From Eledone cirrhosa (taxonomy: Eukaryota), in contig OZ024740.1 of the NCBI GenBank assembly GCA_964016885.1, forward strand, positions 365,428,001-365,492,000: 64,000 bases of DNA, given 5' to 3'. How positions within the stretch are numbered: position 1 is the first letter of the stretch; every line of letters starts with the position of its first letter. Position numbers and translations under genes: made by a program. This document shows, one piece after another, positions 54,013 through 64,000 of this stretch. The notes under the pieces are model-generated. The model did no database searches and was not told the origin of the DNA. It was given only the letters and a program-made list of their open reading frames with translations.

Positions 54013-54044
<32 letters not shown>

Positions 54045-54339
54045 ACCCAGTTAGATAACCACGCCAACGGGTCTGTCTTACCAATTAAAATTGTATAGAT
54101 ATTATTTTGTATTTTTTTTTTGTATGTGCAAACAGTCCGAGCTTGTTAGCATTGCATTGACTATGGTAGTACGTCGCTATGAAAGTTCGTGACTCGATAC
54201 TTCGTACATAGTAATCAATCATTTTTTATGAAAAGGAAAAAACTGTTGGGTGGTAGTTTTTTTCTCATTTGATGTAACTAGAAATGGCTTTTGTCATAGC
54301 ATCAATACCGAACGTCAAATTAGCTGTAATTACGATGTA

Positions 54340-54960
54340 TACATTGAGTGGGTGTTTGCAATTGCTATGTGGAAAACTCCAGAGGGCCGAAATTCTTAGG
54401 CTATGTATCGTGGTTGGTGTGGGGCCTGGTGTGAGAATAGATACACCATTGGAAAATAGAGAATAGTGAGAATAGACGATAATGTCGGAAAAACCTGAGT
54501 AGAAGTGGCAAAAGATCAGCTAGATCTGAGGAGCAGAAGTCACTATGCATTTATGGTCCCGTAACTCCTGTAGAGTCATAGGGGCGCTGTATTGCCATAC
54601 GGCGTTTCTTGGGCATTTTAAGCCTGGTGGAGCTCAACCTTCTCCAGGCCTGAGTATAACAGATTTCTTCCAGAGAGCTGGAACGAATACCATAAAGCTT
54701 TCTATCAGACGTTCTAACGACTCTGCGAATTCGCCACCTAGAAGTCACTATACTAACCAGCAACTGGAGCGATTTCAAGCAAAGCAGTCGAGTGAATTTT
54801 CTTCGGATATGATCGAGGATGCCTGTATGTGTAACGGCAGCAAAACCCCAGATGTTGGAGCAGTATTCTATTGTATAGGGTTAGTAATTGTTCGGGGCTG
54901 GAGTACTTTAATTGTTTTAATATTTTCTGGCACAGAATAGAAAGGCCACTATCACATGAA
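54340..54960 (-). mobile_element. LINE relic (I/Nimb-like); related fragment at about 10030-10490
   Basis: Shares tttcttgggcattttaagcctgg with 10446-10468. Pre-RT-like residues EQLLTLYNRI. Confidence 0.45.
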
Positions 54961-54964
54961 CAAA

Positions 54965-56400
54965 TCATAAAAAGGATAGCCCGCGTCCTAAGAATAACAT
55001 TTTCAATTTAATAGACGTGAATGCTTTCCAAGCGGTCTCTTGTCAGCATTTGTCAGCATTCATCAGTACTTTGAGTTCTACAGGTGCATTTTCTAGGGCA
55101 TATTTGAAACATCTCATATAGCTGTTTCTTCTATGTAGCATATGTAGCTGCAATATGATTTCATACTTCGTTTCTTTATTCCTTTCATATCTTGTCTGTG
55201 CTTGAGCTTTCATGTCACTGATGAAATACAGTTGTAAATATTTTGTTCTTCTTCTGAAAGTGGCTGAAGTGGTCCAATTCTATGTTACACTTACTCTTGG
55301 ATCTTGAAAGTGGGCATGAAGCCCACTGGATGACATTTGCACCAAATGATGTCATTTGGAATGCATTATTGTACTTCTGGATATTTTGAAGAAAGTGTCT
55401 TGATTCAGTAGTTGTACCAATCAGCAGTCGCCTCAAGGGTTCTAGTGGTTAAGGTAATAGTCTAAATTTAATCTTTCCATTTAAACATCACAATCCAGTT
55501 AACTCACTATTCCATTTTTTAGCACAACAATTTGGACAAATCTTGTTCATTGAAGAAATTTGAATTAAAGGTTTTGAGGCATAGTCTTGATGTGGATTGT
55601 AACTAAAAACAGCAAAGTTCCATCCGGCAACCTTTTAAAATCATAATTGTTCTGTTCTTGCTCTCTGTTCACCATGCCTTTGAATTGTTTGAGCTTACCT
55701 TTCTTCATGCTTCCTTTGAGCTGCTCTATTTCTCTCCATTTTCTGTCTTGATTTTTGTACATCTGATTCCTCTTGACGAATAATTGCTTTCCTTTTCCTC
55801 TCTTCAGCAAGACTTTTTGGTATTTGTTCTTCTGATTCATTTCGCCTACATTTCGTTCTTGTTTTTCTTTGTTTTGGGAGTCTTCCTTGTCGTTGCTCTT
55901 CACTTTCATTCTGCCTTTGTAGCTGTTTTGCTATAACTTTATGAGACTTTTTGCAAATGAAGGTCTATTCTTCGGTGGCATTTTTTCTTGCAACTTCCAA
56001 ATCAATATATATATATATGAATATATGTATAGTATATTTTGTAATATACTGTATGCTTAATTAAAAACATTTTGAAGACCTTGCGCTATTATTTTAAAGT
56101 AGTGACTATGTCACTTACTTCTTTTTTCAAAAAACAAAGGGAGATAAGCTGACAGATCTGTCTCACACTGTTGGTGATCATCAGAGCTTAGCACTCGCCG
56201 ATGTTTGTTGAAAATTATAGATGCTGGATTCTTATAGAATACAGTAATAATCAGTAATAATATACAGAGCAATTGCTGGTCCAGAAAAAAATTGAAATTT
56301 AGTATTGGTGTTCTGAAATAGGGATGTATACATGAATATATGTATACTATATTTGGCAATATACTGTATGCTTAATTAAAAACATTTTGAAGACCTTTCG

Positions 56401-56405
<5 letters not shown>
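54965..56405 (-). mobile_element. Helitron RepHel N-terminal relic
   Basis: ICPNCCAKKW..E..G..C.NGKI and SRHFLQNIQKYNNAFQMTSFGA are typical of the Helitron Rep N-terminus. 5' end TATATAAAAGC near 56405. Confidence 0.75.
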
Positions 56406-56459
<54 letters not shown>

Positions 56460-56609
56460 ATACTTTGGGATTGTCATGTTGCCAATAAGAAACACACGCA
56501 CCAGTTGCTTTCACTTCAATTTAATATAATAAATTTATAAATTGAGGAATTTATAAATTTCCGGTTGGTTGGTTGGTTGGTTCCACAACCGGGTGGTTGT
56601 TTATATATT

Positions 56610-56652
56610 GTCAAAGTTCTTTCGTCACACATTCTGTGACCTCTTCAGTGAC
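56610..56652 (-). ncRNA. Hammerhead motif in the inverted pLTR
   Basis: Reverse complement of 59076-59118. Confidence 0.65.
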
Positions 56653-59075
56653 TGGGGATTCTTTTCTTTGTTTTTGTGCCTCTCCTTTGTTCTGTCCTAC
56701 ACCATTTTGTTTCTGTGTGTTGTGTGCTCCGTCTGCGCATGCGCCACATCCGGGTGTCTGTGTGTGTTTATATTCGTTTATTTATTTGTTTATTTACATG
56801 TTACAGATTGGTTGTTTGTTCTATGTGCGTGTGTGTTTTCGTTTTGTCCTTAATTGTAAGTTGTGATGTTGCTGTTCCACTCATGTTTTCTATTTAATTT
56901 TGGTTGTAATTCTTTTATGTTTATTGCCTCTGTGATTTGTCTAAACATTGCGTCTTTTCTGTGTGTAGATTCTATTTTTATTTCTATGTTCTCTAATTTA
57001 CCATGTTGGTAGAGTACAGATGATTCTTTACTATCTTGAAGGTCTCGCCAGTGTTCATTTATCCGTTCCCCTACACTACGAGCTGTCTCACCTATGTACA
57101 CTATATTTTTGTCTCTACATTGTCCTTCAGTACATCTTATGCTATATACTACATTTCTAGTTTTACAGTTAATATGGGGGCTTAATTTACAGCAGAATCG
57201 GCGAGGGTAACCGATCTAGGGACCTAACAAACTGTATAATAGGTAGTATGGATGTTGTGTCCCTGTATCCATCTATTGACGTAGATTTTGCTGTGGAGAA
57301 ATGCGTAGAAATGATCCGTGAGAGCAATGTTGAGTTCCGTGGGATTGATACCAGTGAGCTGGGACTCCTGCTTAAACTTACCTATAGTAATAATTACCTA
57401 GACACATATGACCTTAGCAACCTGTGCCCTACAAGACCAGCAAGAGTCAGACCACCTACCATTACCTCAATGGCCAAGAAAACCCACACAGATAGATGGA
57501 ACGGGTGAACCAGAGCCATACGGACACCCGAAAACCACGATGAACTAAAGAAAATGATTGCACATGCGGTGGGGGCCAGCATAAAGTTAACCCTTAAGGA
57601 ACATATGTTCAAATTTAATGGAAAACTATATGCCCAAGAGGAAAGAGCAGCCATTGGTGTTAGCATTGCAGGCGACATATCTAACTTATTCATGGTATGG
57701 TGGGACAGTAGACTTAAACTTAAACTTAAAGAACAATTAGAAGACTCCTTAACCCTGATAATGTACTCCCGCTACGTTGATGATATAAACATCGTAGTTA
57801 AGACACCCCCACTAGAGAACAGTCAGGAACTAGAGAAAAACACAATGGAGAGCATCCAGCAAATAGCTAACTCCATCCACCAGAGTATTAGAGTTACTAT
57901 AGACTACCCAAGTAAACACCCCAACCATCGATTACCTGTACTAGACACAGAGCTCTGGTTAGATACCATTAATAACAAAAAACAAATCCTCCATTCCCAT
58001 TATGCCAAACCCATGACTTCCAAATATCTGATCCACCGAAACTCAGCTGTTTCGGACCATACCAAAATCAACATACTGATTGCGGATTTGGTACGGGTGA
58101 TGAGAAACGTGTCCCGCATGTGCAACCCCGAAGAACTAGAGAGACACATACAACACTTCATCCACCGTATGCAGTTCTCTGGTTACAATCAGAGAGAGAA
58201 AATCAGAGTGTATAGAGGAGCCAGAACCAAATGGTAAATAATGACACAAATAGGAGCAAATTTTGGAATAGAATAGAAAGAACTAGGAATAAGGCTAATA
58301 GAATAAACTCATGATATGATAGCAATAAATACCAGAGTGTAATGTTCATCGATACAACCCCTAGAGGTGAATTAGCTTACAAATTCAGAAGGGCCCTAGA
58401 TAAACATAAACTCAATACTAAGATAGTAGAAAGACCAGGTACCTCCGTAAAAACACTTATTAGCAAGACATACCCTTTTCAAAGACCCCCCTGTATAGAT
58501 AAGAAATGTATAACCTGTAAATTAAGCCCCCATATTAACTGTAAAACTAGAAATGTAGTATATAGCATAAGATGTACTGAAGGACAATGTAGAGACAAAA
58601 ATATAGTGTACATAGGTGAGACAGCTCGTAGTGTAGGGGAACGGATAAATGAACATTGGCGAGACCTTCAAGATAGTAAAGAATCTTCTGTACTCTACCA
58701 ACATGCTAAAATAGAACATAAGGGTAAATTAGAGAACATAGAAATAAAAATAGAATCTACACACAGAAAAGACGCAATGTTTAGACAAATCACAGAGACA
58801 ATAAACATAAAAGAATTACAACCAAAATTAAATAGAAAATATGAGTGGAACAGCAACATCACAACTTACAATTAAGGACAAAACGAAAACACACACGCAC
58901 ATAGAACAAACAACCAACCGGTAACATGTAAATAAACAAATAAATAAACGAATATAAACACACACAGACACCCGGATGTGGCGCATGCGCAGACGGAGCA
59001 CACAACACACACACAGAAACAAAATGGCGTAGGACAGACAAAGGAGAGGCACAAAAACAAAGAAAAGAATCCCCA

Positions 59076-59118
59076 GTCACTGAAGAGGTCACAGAATGTG
59101 TGACGAAAGAACTTTGAC
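59076..59118 (+). ncRNA. Hammerhead motif in the Penelope 3' pLTR
   Basis: gtca-CTGAAGA-g-gtcaca gaatg tgtgac-GAAA-gaac-TT-tgac, with one extra G before stem II. Confidence 0.65.
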
Positions 59119-59323
59119 AATATATAAACAACCATCCGGTTGTGGAACCAACCAACCAACCGGAAATTTATAAATTCCTCAATTTATAAATTATTATAAT
59201 AAATTGAAGTGAAAGCAACTGGTGCGTGTGTTTCTTATTGGCAACATGACCCTCCCAAAGTATAACAATATCGGTTTCAACACACGTTTTCAGATAAAGA
59301 ATCTTGCTAAACAAATTCAGAAA

Positions 59324-59387
<64 letters not shown>

Positions 59388-59687
59388 TTATATATATATA
59401 TATTTATATATATATATATAATAAATGTAATCTGAGTTTTTCGAATATTAATAATAACATTCGATTCGTTTGCAATTTTTAAAGCCATGTCAGCAGAACA
59501 ACTTCATTCTTGCTCTTGTGTTGGCATATGCCAACAATCTACTTTTGGCATATGCAATCTACTTTTAGAAGCGTTGAACGATGGGAAGTTTTGAATTTGT
59601 AAGTTAGAAACTTCAACCTTTGTTTTTACTATGAAATTACTCTAATAAGTTGAACATATAAACTCTGGAGATAAAAAAAAATTGCAT

Positions 59688-59760
59688 ATCGCCGCCCGTG
59701 GGACTCCAACCAACACCTGTAATATACCGTTTCGCCGTGCTAACCATTACACTAAAGCAC
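59688..59760 (-). pseudogene. tRNA-like relic or SINE head
   Basis: A-box TAGTGTAATGG and B-box-like GTTGGAGTC. The anticodon and acceptor arms are degenerate. Confidence 0.4.
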
Positions 59761-59931
59761 TAACCGGACATATTTTTCCGTTATTTTAAGCCTTACAAAC
59801 CAGACAGTAAATATGTAAACAATCAATTTTTAGAACCGCTGATTGATAAGACTTAAAATCTGTCACATGCTAGTATGGTGTCACATAAATGTTGATGTAC
59901 CTACTAATGGCATATCCACCATGCGTATATG

Positions 59932-60168
59932 TACAAGGGTCAGCTGAAAGGTTCATAGGGTGACGAAGATACTCTCATGGTGTGTGACCAAATGAGGTTT
60001 ATTTTTTAACATAGTACACCTTGCGGTCCACACACTTCTTCCATCAGCGTTACAGTGCTTGGATCCCATTTGTGAAGAAGCTTTCATCCTGTTGGTAAAA
60101 AAGTCATCAATGGCAGATACGATGTCATCATCACTGCAATACTGATTCACAGCCAAGTGATTTTTTCA
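59932..60168 (-). mobile_element. Mariner/Tc1 3' fragment
   Basis: YCSDDDIVSAIDDFF...WKKCVDR..Y-type C-terminus and a TA|CAAGGG.. terminus. Confidence 0.65.
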
Positions 60169-60170
60169 TG

Positions 60171-60342
60171 TATTGAAAGGAAAACCGAAGAATTTGCAGG
60201 ATCAAAACAATATTTTATTCTATGTACATTTCATTAACGAAAAAATATATAATCGAAATTATTGATTATCTTTTTTCGTTAATGAAATGTACATAGAATA
60301 AAAAAGATGTTTTGACCCCTGCAAATTCTTTGGCATTCCTTT

Positions 60343-60346
<4 letters not shown>
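60171..60346. repeat. Imperfect palindrome (about 175 bp)
   Basis: ttattctatgtacatttcattaacgaaaaaa / ttttttcgttaatgaaatgtacatagaataa, with outer arms gaatttgcagg / cctgcaaattc. Confidence 0.8.
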
Positions 60347-60379
<33 letters not shown>

Positions 60380-60404
60380 AATACCTTATGCTGCCAATAC
60401 CTTA

Positions 60405-61269
60405 ATGGGACACGGGTATATAAAAACATACCCAGAACATAAAAAACTTTTCATACATCCAGAAACCGCAACGGTGTATCCCTGACAACTGATCTCACCT
60501 CTGACTCAGAGTACTGGGGAAAGACTGGCTTGTTAATTTTAACATCTCGAAAACTAACCTTTTCTCTTTCCACCGCCATTGGAATGTCACCAACTTTCTC
60601 TCTGTTCATATGAATGGTGCCTCGTTGAAAGAGGCTTGTGCTTTGAACGACTCTTGAGCCTAACATTCATTCATTTCCGTTGGAACTCCTAAATTCGATC
60701 AGTTGTCAAAGCTTCTGGGAAAATGATGGGGTTTTTTCTGTCGTTCAAGAAAATATCTGCAATTTTGTATTTTTGCTAGAGTCAGATTAGACCAAAAATG
60801 GAGTACTGTTGCCATATCTGGGACAGTGCTGTTCAGAGCTTCTTATCCTTCCTAGATAGAGTTCAGAGTCGCTTGTGTAACCTTGCTGAAGATGTATTCT
60901 TTTCATCTCTCAAGTCACTCTTTCACAAACGTGACGTTGCAAGCCTTGCATTACTCTATCGTTATTTCCACGGGAAATGCTCTGATAAACTCCACTCTCC
61001 TGATTTTCTCTCCAGATTTTCTCCGCTAGGCACATCCTCCACATTTTCTTCGTAGTCTTAACATCAGACATAAATTACATTCCTAAACTGCCTAGGAATT
61101 ACTTTCCTTGCGGCGACATCAATTTTCTTTTCAAGAGGTCAATAAGTATCTCTCCATGTCATAATTTCATCCTAACTGCCAGTTCATTCATCATTTTCGC
61201 GCTTATAGCAAACACTCTCCCATTTCTCCAAGTCCATCCTCTCAAGTAACCCATAACCTTGAGTGACTT

Positions 61270-61270
<1 letters not shown>
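60405..61270 (+). mobile_element. L2/CR1-group LINE 3' relic
   Basis: WGKDWLVNFN.SKT, RPKMEYCCHIW, LDRVQSR, RDVASLALLYRYFHGKCS. Confidence 0.75.
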
Positions 61271-61310
<40 letters not shown>

Positions 61311-61314
<4 letters not shown>

Positions 61315-61434
61315 AAAAGGTTTGACCCCGACGGCAGAGCTCAGGCCGTTTCGACGGCTATTTCTGGACATTTGAGTCCAGAAATAGCCGTCGAAACGGC
61401 TTGAGCTCTGCCGTCGGGGTCAAACTTTTCCCTA
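61311..61434. repeat. Fold-back palindrome of the 36545 family in (TA)n
   Basis: Arms gaccccgacggcagagctca.gccgtttcgacggctatttctggac around the loop atttga. Confidence 0.85.
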
Positions 61435-61682
61435 TATATATATATATATATATAACGAAGGAGGTGTGGTAAGGAACCAGATGGACCAAAACGCACCAGA
61501 GTACTCAATACTTATGGTAGTAGAGTGGGTAATAGGAAAAAGTTAGATCCCGACGGCAGAGCTCAAGCCATTTCGACGGCTATTTCTGGACATTTCAGTC
61601 CATTTTTACATACATATATATATATATGCACACACATATATATATATATATATACTTATATATATATACTTATATATATATA

Positions 61683-61757
<75 letters not shown>

Positions 61758-61884
61758 AAAGTTATATTTATATTGTTGGGTTACAACTAGTAAATATTTA
61801 TAACTGATATAAAAGCACTCAACAAGTATTTGGAGTATATTTACGATATTAAATAAATGGAAACTATATTTATAAAACCATATC

Positions 61885-61950
61885 TATTTCATTATATATA
61901 TTTCAGGGATATCATATTAACAATATGTTATGCCTTCTTCAGACAAAATA
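61885..61950 (-). ncRNA. Hammerhead motif (left arm)
   Basis: Reverse complement of 62090-62155. Confidence 0.72.
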
Positions 61951-62089
61951 CAATATAGACAGTTTTATAGATAAATAGATTTGACATACCGTTCAACATC
62001 GACTTGTATTTGAAAAATCAACTTTTTCAAATACAAGTCGATGTTGAACGGTATGTCAAATCTATTTATCTATAAAACTGTCTATATTG

Positions 62090-62155
62090 TATTTTGTCTG
62101 AAGAAGGCATAACATATTGTTAATATGATATCCCTGAAATATATATAATGAAATA
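62090..62155 (+). ncRNA. Minimal type-I hammerhead ribozyme (right arm)
   Basis: tattttgt-CTGAAGA-agg..catatt gtt aatatg..cct-GAAA-tatata-TA-atgaaata. Confidence 0.75.
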
Positions 62156-62195
62156 GATATGGTTTTATAAATATAGTTTCCATTTATTTAATATC

Positions 62196-64000
<1,805 letters not shown>

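Larger units (their letters stand above)
56455..59268 (+). mobile_element. Penelope-like element (Naiad-type) with a ~740-bp 5' inverted copy of its 3' end
   Basis: RT motifs MDVVSLYPSI, AIGVSIAG..FMVWWD, RYVDDI, LPVLDTELW, RMQFSGY. Cys-rich linker; GIY-YIG motifs VVYSIRC..VYIGETARS..ERINEH. Region 56455-57191 is the reverse complement of about 58512-59268. Confidence 0.9.
61842..62198. repeat. Apparently perfect 357-bp palindrome (176-bp arms, 5-nt loop) carrying two hammerheads
   Basis: Arms 61842-62017 and 62023-62198; loop tcaac. Confidence 0.9.

Noticed and set aside
57506-58320. In-frame TGA codons in the Naiad-type ORF as possible selenocysteine
   Set aside because: Both fall where Trp is plausible (RWNG*, NS*Y). 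The ORF also has a TAA and frameshifts, and I could not identify a SECIS. Decay is the simpler explanation.
59688-59760. Functional tRNA gene
   Set aside because: The acceptor and anticodon stems do not pair properly and the T-loop is non-canonical; kept only as a low-confidence relic.

Overview
Eukaryotic, AT-rich, repeat-dominated DNA, most likely from an octopus or other coleoid cephalopod. This is inferred from the SINE families and the (TA)n/(CA)n/(AAT)n density. The only host gene I can support is a minus-strand ZDHHC6-like palmitoyltransferase, with coding exons at 13554-13198 and 4280-4189; the rest of the gene probably lies left of the window. Everything else is mobile DNA: RTE, CR1/L2, Tx1/L1-type, Dong/R4 and CRE LINE fragments, a decayed Gypsy pol, several Penelope-like elements, a 7-kb hAT (Buster/Charlie) element with exact TIRs and an 8-bp TSD, Helitrons, MITEs and tRNA-type SINEs. 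Two patterns stand out. First, an (AAT)n-microsatellite landing pad at 21-31 kb: truncated Tx1-like copies are flanked by (AAT)n on both sides, Dong/R4 copies share the same tracts in the opposite orientation, and a SINE shares the Tx1-like 3' end. Second, about a dozen type-I minimal hammerhead ribozyme motifs with palindromic stem III sit in Penelope-type repeats, which repeatedly form fold-back palindromes in (TA)n tracts. All calls are by eye; no searches were run.
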